From Micromonas sp. (lineage: Eukaryota): a stretch of DNA of 32,000 bases. The notes below the pieces were generated by a model. That model had not been told where the DNA came from and made no database searches. It was given only the letters and a program-made list of their open reading frames with translations. The stretch covers positions 371,041 to 403,040 of the forward strand of contig CP001325.1 of NCBI GenBank assembly GCA_000090985.2. The letters are read 5' to 3'. A program made the position numbers and the translations under genes. Within the stretch, counting starts at the first letter, position 1. Each line of letters starts with the position of its first letter. Positions 1 to 9,625 of this stretch are shown in pieces.

Positions 1-852
1 TTTGAACACGTGGAACGCCTCGAACTGTATGCTCCTCGCCTCGTCTCGCAGCAGGTTCATCATCAAACACAGGTTCTCGACGTCGCCGATGTATCTGAGC
101 ATCGAGGACAAGTTGGCGCGATCGAGCAACAGTTCCGACAGGAGCTTGAGCGACTGCCGCCTCGTGACGTAGTTTCCCTTCTCCAGCATCTGGTTGTACG
201 CGCCGAAGAAGTTCTCGAAGTTCTTCTCGAGGTATTCGCTGACCAACGCCTTGTGCCTGGTGAGAATCTCGCGAAACGAAGCCGCCGCGTCTGACGCAAT
301 CTCAAACGACGCCGACTGCATGTACTCGAACATCTTGGCGAATCCCGGGCAGTAGAGAACGCGCCGGCACAACGGTTCGTACCTCGCCATCTCCCGCAGC
401 ATCGTCCCGTAGGTCAGCGCGGTGTTGTCGTTCCCCACGGTCTGATCCCCGAGCTCGCTTCCGCTGAGGCATCGCTCCACGACATCCGGCTGCGCCTCGA
501 GGTACGCCACGAACGGGAGCCTCTCGTCGGGCTCGAGCGGGTGCCTGACGAGGGCGTTGAACACGGCGGCGGCATCCTTCCTGGATTCGAAGAAGAGCTT
601 CGGGAGGTGGATGACGACCGCCGCGAGGAGCCCCTCGGAGGCGAACACGGCCTCGGCGAGCTGCGATTGAAGCGCGGGATCCGGCGGATTCTCGCCGTCG
701 CCGTACATGACCGCCCTCATGTCTCCGAGGTACTTGCCGCACGATTCCTGATCTTTTTCAGCCCCCGAGTCCTTCAGGTGGTCGAGTGCATTCGCGAGTT
801 TGAGCGCGAGCTCCTTGGGCGTGCGTTTGTGCTTCTTGAACAAGCTCGTCAT
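1..852 (-). CDS. MO25: MO25 / calcium-binding protein 39-like scaffold protein (5' part of the gene; C-terminus lies beyond the window start)
   Basis: Absent from the ORF track because it runs off the window edge. I translated by hand from the ATG at 852-850. All 284 plus-strand triplets from 1 to 852 lack tta/cta/tca, so the minus frame is open to position 1. The product MTSLFKKHKRTPKELALKLANALDHL...YGTMLREMARYEPLCRRVLY...LCLMMNLLRDEARSIQFEAFHVFK carries the conserved Mo25 block (NLLRD.S..IQFEAFHVFK). Confidence 0.9.
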   Translation of the reverse strand, partial: MTSLFKKHKRTPKELALKLANALDHLKDSGAEKDQESCGKYLGDMRAVMYGDGENPPDPALQSQLAEAVFASEGLLAAVVIHLPKLFFESRKDAAAVFNALVRHPLEPDERLPFVAYLEAQPDVVERCLSGSELGDQTVGNDNTALTYGTMLREMARYEPLCRRVLYCPGFAKMFEYMQSASFEIASDAAASFREILTRHKALVSEYLEKNFENFFGAYNQMLEKGNYVTRRQSLKLLSELLLDRANLSSMLRYIGDVENLCLMMNLLRDEARSIQFEAFHVFK

Positions 853-1231
853 CGCTGCTCCCTGTCGTCACCCGTCACCCCGTGTTCACTCCTTCCCTTT
901 CTCTGTTTCCTCAGATCGCCTCGCAATCGACGGGGTGACACCGGCGGTTGGCTCGGGTCCACCTCTGCGGTTCGGCGGCGTAGACGACGCGACGAGCCCC
1001 GATGGGACGGTCTCGGCGCGTGTGCGAGTCTCCGAGTGCCCCTGGCGATTGATGAGGCGTCGGTTCTGGCCGGGGCGCTCTTTCTCCCTTCCGAGAAAAA
1101 CGTGTTTGAAACTTGCGAGCTCCACTGCCGAGTCAACATCAAACGGCACCCGCACGTTTCCGGATCAGCGGACGTGCGCGCCGGGACGGGCATAGGAGGG
1201 GAGGGCACGGCGCGGTCTACCCGTTTCCAAC

Positions 1232-2599
1232 ATGGCACCCATCACCCTCGACATGATCCGCCGCAGGGCGGAGCACAACGAGGGCATGGTGGGCAACCTC
1301 GAGGAGATCGCGCTGCACCAGCAGGAGATCGAGAAGATCGAGGCGCTAGGCCAGATCTGCCGCCACCTCAAGATCCTCTACATGCAGAACAACCTCATCT
1401 CCAAGCTCCAGAACCTGCACAGGCTCAAGGAGCTCGAGTACCTCAACATGGCTCTCAACAACGTGACGAAGATCGAGAACCTGCAGCGATGCGAGAGCCT
1501 GCAGAAGCTGGACCTCACGATGAACTTCATCACGAAGGCGTCGCTGCTCACCGTGCACACGCTGGACGCGTGCCCAAAACTGGACGACCTGTACCTCATG
1601 GGCAACCCGTGCGCGGACTTTGGCGGGTACCGCGCCTTCGTCATCGGCACCTTACCCCAACTCAGGCGCCTGGACGGTAAGGACGTCACGCCCTCCGAGC
1701 GCATCCTGAGCAAACAGGAGCTGCCGCGGGTCACGGAGCGACTGATGAAGGAGCTCGCCGCCGACGGGGTGAACATCGAGGAGGCGTCCAGGGTATCCGA
1801 CGCCAGGGACCTGGGACCGGACGAGGACGACATCGCGGAGGTGCTCGCCATGCCCGAGGACGAGAGGCCGTGGACGGCGGCGACGCGCGTCGCCGAGCAG
1901 AGGGAGTTCGCTAAACAGCGAGACGCCAACGAGGAGAGTAAACGGGAGCACAACAAGCGCCTGTTCAACCCCGACGGCACGAAGAAACACGCGCGCAGGG
2001 AGGGCTTCCCCGATCTGCCGGACGACCTGGACGACGTGAAGCAGTGCAACGAGCCGGGGCTGACGTTCAGGTTGGACGACGGCGACGACGGGAACGACGT
2101 GGTGTTGGACTGCCACGTGGGCAAGTACATGGACACGAGTCTCATCGACGTGGACGTTCAGACCCGGCTCGTTCGCGTGCTCGTCAAGGGGAAGATGCTG
2201 TGTCTGGTGCTGCCGGAGGAGGTGAAGCCGGACGCGAGCACCGCGCAGCGCTCGAAGGTGACCGGCGCGCTCGTGGTGACGATGCCGAAGGCTTTCCGAA
2301 AGCCCAAGAGGGGCGAGGAGAAAAAAGACGAGTACGTGGTCGACGGCGGCGGGGGCGTCGAGGGTTCGAAAGGCCAGGTCGGCGGCTCGAACCCGGGGAA
2401 GGGCATCGACGCGAAGAATAAGAAGAGTCTGATCAAGGAGCTGGGCGGGGTGAGCATACGCGGCATCGTGCGGGACGCGCACGTCGCGGACATCGGCGGG
2501 TTCACCATCGCGGAGTCTGTCAAAACCGCGGCGCCGGCGACGCCGGCTGTCGTTACGGCTGTGCTCGACTCCGACGACGACGAGCCCCCGCCGCTCTGA
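1232..2599 (+). CDS. LRRC6: TilB/LRRC6-type leucine-rich-repeat axonemal dynein assembly factor
   Basis: Complete ATG..TGA ORF of 455 aa. The N-terminus MAPITLDMIRRRAEHNEG..LHQQEIEKIE..LKILYMQNNLISKLQNLHRLKELEYLNMALNNVTKIENL..LDLTMNFI..LYLMGNPCADFGGYRAFVIGTLPQLRRLDGKDV is the LRR plus LRRcap module of TilB/LRRC6. A CS/p23-like block (VVLDCHVGKYMDTSLIDVDVQTRLVRVLVKGKMLCLVLPEEV) follows in the same order as in that family. Confidence 0.9.
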   Translation: MAPITLDMIRRRAEHNEGMVGNLEEIALHQQEIEKIEALGQICRHLKILYMQNNLISKLQNLHRLKELEYLNMALNNVTKIENLQRCESLQKLDLTMNFITKASLLTVHTLDACPKLDDLYLMGNPCADFGGYRAFVIGTLPQLRRLDGKDVTPSERILSKQELPRVTERLMKELAADGVNIEEASRVSDARDLGPDEDDIAEVLAMPEDERPWTAATRVAEQREFAKQRDANEESKREHNKRLFNPDGTKKHARREGFPDLPDDLDDVKQCNEPGLTFRLDDGDDGNDVVLDCHVGKYMDTSLIDVDVQTRLVRVLVKGKMLCLVLPEEVKPDASTAQRSKVTGALVVTMPKAFRKPKRGEEKKDEYVVDGGGGVEGSKGQVGGSNPGKGIDAKNKKSLIKELGGVSIRGIVRDAHVADIGGFTIAESVKTAAPATPAVVTAVLDSDDDEPPPL

Positions 2600-2712
2600 C
2601 GGCGTATGTGTATAGTCCCTAGCTAGAAGGCGAATGGCGCGTGTGAATCGAGCGCGTGCGTGTTAGATGTTACAGACAACGAGGGTGCGCCTCCCCGAGC
2701 GAGAACGCCGAA

Positions 2713-3066
2713 TCACTTCTTCTTCGGTGGCTTGGCGCTCACAGCTTTCCCGGTGACCTTCTCGAAGACGGCGCCTCCGACGAGGAAGATGGTCAGGAGC
2801 AGCGCTGGGCCGAGGACGAACCCACCGGGCGCGAAGTACCACCCGAACCACGCGTCGCTCCTCGCCAGCTCCACGAGCTCGGGCGTCGCCGCGAGGACGG
2901 GGGAGGACGCCAAGATGCCCGCGGATCCTACGGCGTTTCTCGCGACGACGCTTCGAGCACGCGGCGGCTGCGCGCACGCGGACGCGACGCGGCGGTGCGC
3001 GACGGGCTTGGCGATGTGCGCGCCGACGCGGACGCGCGTTTGGACGATGGACGCTGCGCAAGACAT
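2713..3066 (-). CDS. small single-pass membrane protein with organelle-type presequence (function unknown)
   Basis: True ATG (3066) to stop, 117 aa. It has an Ala/Arg/Ser-rich N-terminus with no acidic residues (MSCAASIVQTRVRVGAHIAKPVAHRRVASACAQPPRARS), one hydrophobic helix (GGFVLGPALLLTIFLVGGAVF) and a Lys-rich tail (SAKPPKKK). Third codon positions are mostly G/C. I do not recognise the family. Confidence 0.5.
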   Translation of the reverse strand: MSCAASIVQTRVRVGAHIAKPVAHRRVASACAQPPRARSVVARNAVGSAGILASSPVLAATPELVELARSDAWFGWYFAPGGFVLGPALLLTIFLVGGAVFEKVTGKAVSAKPPKKK

Positions 3067-3249
3067 GGACTACGCCACAGCTGTCGGCGCCTCCGAGTGA
3101 CGCTCCACCACAAATACAAGTATCCGTGTCATGCTTTCGTCGCTCAAGATCGAAACCGTCCAGTCCACCACGTGCGCTCCTCGAGGCACTGACCCCGCGG
3201 GTCCGAAAGCGCCCGCACGGCCCTCGAAGCCGCGCTCACGACAGTCGAC

Positions 3250-5157
3250 ATGGTCGTCGCGACGCATCGCGCGCTCGTCGCTCGCCTCGCGCCGCGCCTG
3301 GCCCGCGCGCGTCTCGCGCCCGCGACCGGCGCGCGATTGCCCGCGACGAGAGAGCCGATTTCCGAGGGTTTCGTCGCGTCGCGAGGGGGCGCGTCGTGCC
3401 GTACCGCCGGCGCCGCGCGGACCCTCGCGTGGACCACCGCGCCGAGTTCCGCGTCATCCACACGGGGGCCCGCGCTCTTCCGCGCGCGCGCGTCGCACCG
3501 CGCGCGGCATCCTCGGCCGCGCGGCGTCCTCGCGACGCCGCTCCGCGCGTCCGCCGATGGACCCGCCGCCGCACCCGCGCATCCTCCCTCCGCGCGCGAG
3601 ATATCGTCCTCCGCCGTCGTGTGCTACGGCAAGCCCGCGCCGGGCGTCAACGTCACGCACCAGCTCATCACCTTCTTCAGGTTCACCGAGCTGAAGGACC
3701 CGAACGCGGAGGTGGAGGCGCACCACGCGTACATCGCGGAGAACAAACTCGAAGTCCGCGGACGAATCTACGTCAACGAGCAGGGCATCAACGCGCAGAT
3801 GAGCGGTAAGGGAACCGACGGCGAGACCTACGCGCGCTGGGTCGAATCCCGCCCGGGTTTCACCGGCATGCGCATCAGCGTCTACCCCACCGACGCCCAC
3901 GGCCACCCGAAGCTGTCGCTGCGCTACAAGCCGCAGCTGGTGCAACTGGAAGGGGGCACCGCGCACCTCCCGCTGCACGACCCGAACGCGAGGGCGAAGC
4001 CGCTGAAGCCGACGGAGTGGCACGAGATGCTCGGCAAGGTGATCGAGCGGCAAGTGGACGCGCCGGTGCTCCTGGACGTTCGCAACGGGTACGAATGGGA
4101 CGTCGGTCACTTTAAAGGCGCGCAGCGTCCGGTGCAGGAGTCCTTTCGCGAGACTGTGGAGACAAACGTGGACGACGTCGTCGGCCCTCTCTCGGGAGTG
4201 GACAAGGATAAGCCCATCATGATGTACTGCACGGGGGGGATCCGGTGCGACGTGTACAGCACGGTGCTGAAACAGCAGGGGTACTCCAACGTGTTCACGC
4301 TCGAGGGCGGAGTCCAGGCGTACTTTGAGGAATTCGGAGAGCGGGAGGATCAGCGGTGGGACGACCACCTGTTCGTCTTCGACAGCCGGCTGGCGATGAC
4401 CCCGGGGGGTTTACCCGCCTCCGAAGCCGGCGCCGAGGCCGCGACGCTGGAGTGCTACTGCTGCAAGGAGGGAAAAGCGCCGCCGCCGCACAGGAACTGC
4501 CCGAACGTCGACTGCAACAGGCTGTTTCTGGTGTGTCCGGCGTGCACGTCGAAATACGGCGGTTTTTGCTGCCCCGAGTGCGGCAAGGCTTCGCACGTCC
4601 GCCCGGCGCTCTTACAGCCGGGGCGGTACCAGCGGTACGTTCACTACACGGAGGGTGAGGCGATGTCGCGCGCCTCGCGGCGCGGGCCCGGGCGGCAGCA
4701 GAGACGCGAGCGCAGGCGCATGCGCAAGCGTCTGGAGGCTGCGAAGAGAACCGCCGAGGCGGTGGCGAGGGGCGAGACCCCGCGGGACTTGATCCGCGCG
4801 GTGCGGGTCCTGGAGAAGGCTGCGGAGAACCCGGGCGAGTTCGGCGGCCCCGCGAGCGGCGGCGGCGTCGTCGGCGAGGGCACCGGGACGCTCGCGGCGA
4901 GGACGCGCACGATAATCAAAGCCGCCGGTCTCGACGAGGAGAGCGTCGGCGGGTACGACTCCGGCGCGGGATCGTTCATCGAGGAGGGCGGCGGCGACGA
5001 CCGGTACGTCATCGCCCGCGCGAGGCTGAGGGAGGCGGCGGAGGCGATCGCGGCGGGGCGGGTTCCGGGCGTGGACCTGCGGGATCTCATAGGGGAGACG
5101 GCCGCGCCGGCGGAGGAGGCCGGGGACGAGGCCGAGGCCGAGGCTAACCAACCGTGA
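3250..5157 (+). CDS. UPF0176/YceA (TrhO-type) rhodanese-domain protein with long presequence and C-terminal extension
   Basis: ATG at 3250, TGA at 5155-5157. The core HQLITFFRF..RGRIYVNEQGINAQMSG..LLDVRNGYEWDVGHFKGA..IMMYCTGGIRCDVYSTVLKQQGYSNVFTLEGGVQAY matches the UPF0176/TrhO rhodanese family, including the CTGGIRC catalytic loop. A Cys-rich cluster follows (CYCCKEG..CPNVDCNRLFLVCPACTSKYGGFCCPECG). Confidence 0.85.
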   Translation: MVVATHRALVARLAPRLARARLAPATGARLPATREPISEGFVASRGGASCRTAGAARTLAWTTAPSSASSTRGPALFRARASHRARHPRPRGVLATPLRASADGPAAAPAHPPSAREISSSAVVCYGKPAPGVNVTHQLITFFRFTELKDPNAEVEAHHAYIAENKLEVRGRIYVNEQGINAQMSGKGTDGETYARWVESRPGFTGMRISVYPTDAHGHPKLSLRYKPQLVQLEGGTAHLPLHDPNARAKPLKPTEWHEMLGKVIERQVDAPVLLDVRNGYEWDVGHFKGAQRPVQESFRETVETNVDDVVGPLSGVDKDKPIMMYCTGGIRCDVYSTVLKQQGYSNVFTLEGGVQAYFEEFGEREDQRWDDHLFVFDSRLAMTPGGLPASEAGAEAATLECYCCKEGKAPPPHRNCPNVDCNRLFLVCPACTSKYGGFCCPECGKASHVRPALLQPGRYQRYVHYTEGEAMSRASRRGPGRQQRRERRRMRKRLEAAKRTAEAVARGETPRDLIRAVRVLEKAAENPGEFGGPASGGGVVGEGTGTLAARTRTIIKAAGLDEESVGGYDSGAGSFIEEGGGDDRYVIARARLREAAEAIAAGRVPGVDLRDLIGETAAPAEEAGDEAEAEANQP

Positions 5158-5373
5158 GGGGACGAAATCTTCGAGACGTTGAGATAATATTCATTTGTCA
5201 TTACACTCGTGCGAGGTCCGGCGGTTGATATGCGTGTTGCGCGGCCGGTCGCGTCTTGATAATGCGCGGTACATGTTGCGTGTGCGCTGTCGGCGCGGCG
5301 GTCCCCCCGCCGCGCTCTGAAAGAATCGAGGATATTAAGGATCGCCTCGAGGACGAACGGGCTGCGAAAAAAC

Positions 5374-6158
5374 TCAATTCGCGGCGGGCGAGCTCGCCTC
5401 GGCGGCGACGACGCTCAGGGCGTCGCGCCCGTCCATGGATCTCAGCGCGACCGCGGCGTCGCCGCCCTTGGCGAACTTCACGGTCGCCTCGCCGCCTCCC
5501 TCCTCGAGAACCACCTCCAACACCGCCCCGTGCGGGGCGAAATTTTTGTAAACCCAGAGCTCGTCGGCGCCCGCGGGTAGCCCCGAGACGACGAGGGCGC
5601 GAGGTCCGTCCGCGACCGACGGACCCGATCGATCGACCCCCGGGCCGGCCGGCCGGCCGCCGAAGGGCACGAACGCCGCGACGTCGTCCTCGGCATCCTC
5701 GAGAGAGTCCAGGAGGTGCGCGGCTTCCGCCGCGGAGATCCCCGGAGTCTCGGCGCGGTCGAGCGGGTCCAACGAGGACCTGCCCGGTCCGCCGCCGACA
5801 CCCCCCCCCGCCGCCGCCGCCGCCGCGGATCCGCCGCCGCCCGCCGCACCCATCGCGGACCACAGGCCGCCCTTGTCGTACGACCCCACGGGCGACACCA
5901 CGTTTGGCAGCGACGACGCCGACGCCGACGCGAAGGATCCCGGACCGAACGCGTTGCCCCCGCGGACGCTGCTCCCGCGGCTGGACTTGTCGAGCGCGTT
6001 GGACGCGGGGGTTGGGGCGCCGGTGCCGAAGGTTATGCCCTGGGTGCTCGGCCCCGTGGCGCGCGAGGGGGAACCCGCGATGTCCATGCCCCCGGCGAAC
6101 ATGGCGGAGAGGCCGCCGACGCCGTTGACCCCGCCGTTGACCCCGCCGCCGCGAGGGA

Positions 6159-6218
<60 letters not shown>

Positions 6219-7377
6219 GCGCGTTGAGCGCGCCGCCAAACCCCGACGCGTTCCCGCCGTTGACGCCCCCGCCCAGGCCGCTGTTGGAGATGTACGGGCT
6301 GTGGCTCCCGCGCCTGAAGCTGTCGTCGCCGTAGGAGCTGGCACTGTCCACGCTGCCCACGTGAAACGACCCGTTTCGGAACGAGCCATCCGCCGTCGCC
6401 GCCATCTGCTGCTGCTGCTGCTGGAGCAGCGCCGCCGCCGTGACGGCGTTCTGCCGCGCGAGCAGCATGGACGCGATGTCCAGGGATCCGTGCGCGGATC
6501 CCCCCGCCGCGGCGGCGTTGTTCGCGATGAGGCTGATCAGCGCGGTGCCCGGCGACACCACGCCCGGGTGATGCTGCGAGCCGCCCCGAAAGCTGGAATC
6601 CCTCGACCCGCCGCCGTTGGCGCCGGGTATGTCCACCAAGCCGTTGCCGATGGACCCGCCCAGGCCGTTCATCCCGTGCCCGCTTCCACCCCCGACCCCG
6701 GACGGACCGCCCCCGGGCAGCGCCGCGAGGTTCCGCTCGGACTTGGACGATCGTCGCGTCTTTGAGTGCGAGTCGGCGAACCGAATCACCAGCGGAACCT
6801 GCCCACCCGCGGGGACTCTGCCGTTGGCGGTGACCACCGCGCTGGCGGCCTGCTCCATGGACGAGAAGCGGATCAACGCGCCGGCGGTGGTGGTTCCCGA
6901 CGCGTGCAGCAGGCGGCACTCGATGATCGTCCCGAAGATCTTGAAGAACGCGCGGAGTTCCACCTCGGTCCACAGCGGGGGCAAACCTTTGACGTAGATG
7001 TTGTCGGATATCGTGCCCACGCCCGACGCGGCGGTGGTGGCGCTGCTGTCGGAGTTGGCGAACTTGACCTCCAGGACCTTGCCGCGGATGACCTTGCCGT
7101 TCATCTCCTTGATCGCCGCCTCGGCCTGGTGCACCTGCATGAACTTGACGAAGCCGAACCCCCTGGAGGAGTTGGTGCTGACGTCGCGGATCACGCAGCA
7201 CGATTCCACCGCGCCGAACTTGTCGAAGACACCCTTGAGCGTGAGCTCGTCGACGTCCTCGGAGAGGTTCTTGACGTAGACGTTGGAGTGCTGCGATCCG
7301 TTGGACACGCCGTGCGCGGGGGAACCCGGCCCGGAGGAGAGGTTATCCATGCTGCCGTTGCGCGAGCTGCCCCTCAT
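5374..7377 (-). CDS. RNA-binding protein with two clear N-terminal RRMs, a third C-terminal RRM-like domain and poly-Q tracts
   Basis: ATG 7377 to TGA 5376-5374, 667 aa. RRM1 has RNP2 NVYVKNL and RNP1 RGFGFVKF. RRM2 has NIYVKGLP and GALIRFS. The C-terminal block is ALVVSGLP...ATVKFA. The overlapping 666-aa ORF in another minus frame is Arg/Gly junk. Confidence 0.85.
6160..6216. repeat. (CTG)19 microsatellite, encoding poly-Q on the minus coding strand
   Basis: Uninterrupted ctg units counted from c6160 to g6216. They lie in frame in the RRM gene (..NALQQQ...QQVPRGG..). Confidence 0.95.
6406..6423. repeat. (CTG)6 microsatellite, a second poly-Q in the same gene
   Basis: ctgctgctgctgctgctg read directly from the sequence. 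It encodes LLQQQQQQMAA on the minus strand. Confidence 0.9.
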
Positions 7378-8127
7378 TTTCCACCGCCCCCCGCCCGACT
7401 CTCACCGCGACGCCCGGGCGGTCGGAAATGCCCGCCTCCTCCACGCGGGTGCGCCGGGTTTCGCGAGCGCCGTCCCGCACGGGTTCGGACGCGCGATTCC
7501 CCGTCGCGGCTCACACGCGTGCCGACCGCAGTCGCCGAAGCCGCGCCGGCGGATGCGCTCCCGCGACCGGAGAGACGCCCCGAGCGTGCCCCAACGATTC
7601 GCCCGGGCCTTTCCCGCGGGAAAATAAATAAAATGTGTGTGGGCGCGAGGCGACGATCGGAAGATCACCCGCGCGACCGACCCGCCGGCGGGCTCTCACC
7701 CGAGGCGCTCCGAGGGAACCGCGCTGACACTCGCTGGCGCGTGGACGCGAGAGGTGGCGTCCTCGCCTCCGGCCTCGGCGCGGTCGGGCTGTGACCTCCG
7801 CCTAGCGACCGAGCGACCCGCTCGGTTGAACAACAGGGGATAGAAAAGTCGTCTGGATCGACGAAGGGTCAAACTGGGCCACTTGCTCCTTCTTTGCTCG
7901 CTTCTCGTGGCTCTGATCATCACCAAAGTTCCCGGGCCTATTTGCCGCGAATTACGCGTGACCGTTTACCCATATGAAATACCATTTTTCGTGTAATGCA
8001 TAATACGTCGCAGAGCGAGTTTCTGACTATAACTCGTATGGAGCAAAATGGATGATTATATTTCCACCTTTCCCGGAATTTCGTATGATTGGCTAGTTAC
8101 GGTGCGAGCATCGTTTACGCTAAATAA

Positions 8128-8199
8128 GGCGGTGTGGTCTAGTGGTATGATTCCTGCTTTGGGTGCAGGAGGTCCCGAGTTCGATCCTCGGCTCCGCCC
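8128..8199 (+). tRNA. tRNA-Pro (anticodon UGG)
   Basis: 72-nt cloverleaf folded by hand. Acceptor GGCGGTG/CTCCGCC, with a U6:U67 mismatch. U8, D arm GTCTAGTGGTATGAT, anticodon stem CCTGC/GCAGG, loop TTTGGGT (anticodon TGG). Variable loop AGGTC, T arm CCGAG-TTCGATC-CTCGG, discriminator C. No encoded CCA. The D arm and anticodon loop resemble eukaryotic cytosolic tRNA-Pro. Confidence 0.85.
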
Positions 8200-8204
8200 T
8201 TTTT
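8200..8204 (+). terminator. oligo-T RNA polymerase III terminator
   Basis: TTTTT begins immediately after the discriminator base of the tRNA. Confidence 0.6.
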
Positions 8205-8293
8205 GCCTGTGCCGTTTCTATTTACTCTGCCTTTTGGCCTTCGCCCCTACCGCCGGCACACATTGCGGCAGTGGAGGCGGTGGAGGTCGTGAC

Positions 8294-9508
8294 ATGAGAA
8301 CCGCGTGCGCCGTCGCCCCTACCGCGCGCCATACGTACGTCCATCGCCCGCGTCGCGTGCGAGCGGCGGCTGCCACGTCCGCCGACTGGAACGGTAGAAG
8401 GTGGGCGACGACAGCCTCCTCCGTCGTGGATATGCTGGAGATGTCGGACGCACCGGACGAGGCGATGCGCGCGTTGGTACCGAGCGCGTGGCGCGAAGAC
8501 GACGTCGCGACCGGCCACGATCGACACCCCGGCAAACCGACGACGAGACCGGGATCCGCGATCCTCGATCCGGGACTCATCGACGACGCGGAGAGGCCAG
8601 CCTTCAGGATGGCGTCGCGCAGTCGGCTGACCCCGACGGACGCCCGACGCTTCCCCGGCGACGACGCCTTCTCCACGATCGCCCGGGCCGTGTGCGACGC
8701 GGACGCGCTGCCCCGCAAGGAACTCTTCGAGACCTGGCACGCGGCGATCGCCATCACCGACGCGCTCGGACCGACGTCGCTCGACGCGGACGCGATGACG
8801 ACGAAGACGACGACGACATCGACTGGGCCAGCCGCCACCAAGCGCCGCCGCCATCGCCGCGTCATGGACCTCGCCGGCGGCCACGGCTTCCTCGCCATGT
8901 GCCTGCTCATCTTAAACCCGCGCCTCACCTCCGCGGTCGTCGTGGACAGGCGCAAGCCCGACAGTCACGAGCGACTCGTCTCGTCGCTCGCGAAGGCGTT
9001 CCCGGCGTCGAGGGTACACGCCAGGACGCGGTACATCGAGGCGTCCATCGCGGACGCCACGCCGACGCGACAAACGACGCTGGTGTCGGTCCACGCGTGC
9101 GGGGATTTGAGCGATCTCGTGCTGAAGCTCGCGGCGCAGGCGAAGTCGCCCGTCGCGGTGGTTCCGTGCTGCCACCGGGGATTGGCTCCGGCTCGAGCGT
9201 TCGCGGCGCGATTAAACGAAGCCTACGGCGTTGAGGGTACGGGCGGTTCGAAGCCGGGGGTGCCGATTTGCCCGAGCGCCGCGATGGACGTGGCGCGTCT
9301 GGAGTTGCTTCGCAGGGCGGGGTTTCGCGTGCACGCGCGGACGATACCGCGGGAGATCACGCCGAAGAACCGGGTCATCGTCGGCTCGGCGGCGGCGGCG
9401 GCGTATGACAAAGACGAAGATGACGAGGACGACGCGTCTCCCGGTTGGCGCTCCGTCGCGGACACGATACCGGCGAGTCCGTGGAAGTGGCACGTCGTCG
9501 GGACGTAG
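8294..9508 (+). CDS. class I SAM-dependent methyltransferase-like protein (Methyltransf_32 / METTL25-like)
   Basis: The ORF-track start at 8048 overlaps the tRNA, so I moved the start to the first downstream in-frame ATG (8294, MRTACAVAP..). Motif I is VMDLAGGHGFLA. The later HACGDLSD and VVPCCH motifs are typical of the METTL25/Methyltransf_32 group. The exact start codon is uncertain. Confidence 0.65.
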   Translation: MRTACAVAPTARHTYVHRPRRVRAAAATSADWNGRRWATTASSVVDMLEMSDAPDEAMRALVPSAWREDDVATGHDRHPGKPTTRPGSAILDPGLIDDAERPAFRMASRSRLTPTDARRFPGDDAFSTIARAVCDADALPRKELFETWHAAIAITDALGPTSLDADAMTTKTTTTSTGPAATKRRRHRRVMDLAGGHGFLAMCLLILNPRLTSAVVVDRRKPDSHERLVSSLAKAFPASRVHARTRYIEASIADATPTRQTTLVSVHACGDLSDLVLKLAAQAKSPVAVVPCCHRGLAPARAFAARLNEAYGVEGTGGSKPGVPICPSAAMDVARLELLRRAGFRVHARTIPREITPKNRVIVGSAAAAAYDKDEDDEDDASPGWRSVADTIPASPWKWHVVGT

Positions 9509-9625
9509 CGATGCGTTGATCCTAGCTAACACTTGACATCAGTAGCGTAGTTTCCTCGACGTCTGCGCGTCCGATTCGACGCGTCGCGACCTCCTTCTAT
9601 TCTCGCCGACAACTACGTCGGCGGC

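Noticed and set aside
541-1680. 379-aa plus-strand ORF bridging the MO25 gene, the promoter and the LRRC6 5' end
   Set aside because: It overlaps two well-supported genes in the wrong frame or strand, and the product is Arg/Gly/Pro-rich.
2670-2674. TGTAA (Chlamydomonas-type poly(A) signal) on the minus strand 39 nt after the small-protein stop; another at 5201-5205 downstream of the RRM gene
   Set aside because: I saw it after only two genes. It is absent from other short 3' spacers such as 28138-28194 and 9509-9625. I also do not know the poly(A) signal of this lineage, so I did not annotate it.
5201-7201. 666-aa minus-strand ORF and the 290/349-aa plus-strand ORFs over the same region
   Set aside because: These are alternative frames or the antisense strand of the RRM gene. 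The products are Arg/Gly/Pro-rich junk. Only the 5374-7377 frame has the RNP1/RNP2 motifs.
7378-8127. A 750-bp gap upstream of the RRM gene that might hide a gene or ncRNA
   Set aside because: It contains only short Arg-rich ORFs on both strands, with no fold or motif that I could support. I left it as 5' UTR/promoter plus an AT-rich tRNA upstream region.
8048-8293. N-terminal 82 residues of the 486-aa ORF
   Set aside because: This stretch translates straight through tRNA-Pro(UGG) and its T-run and is AT-rich and non-coding-like upstream. I moved the start to ATG 8294.
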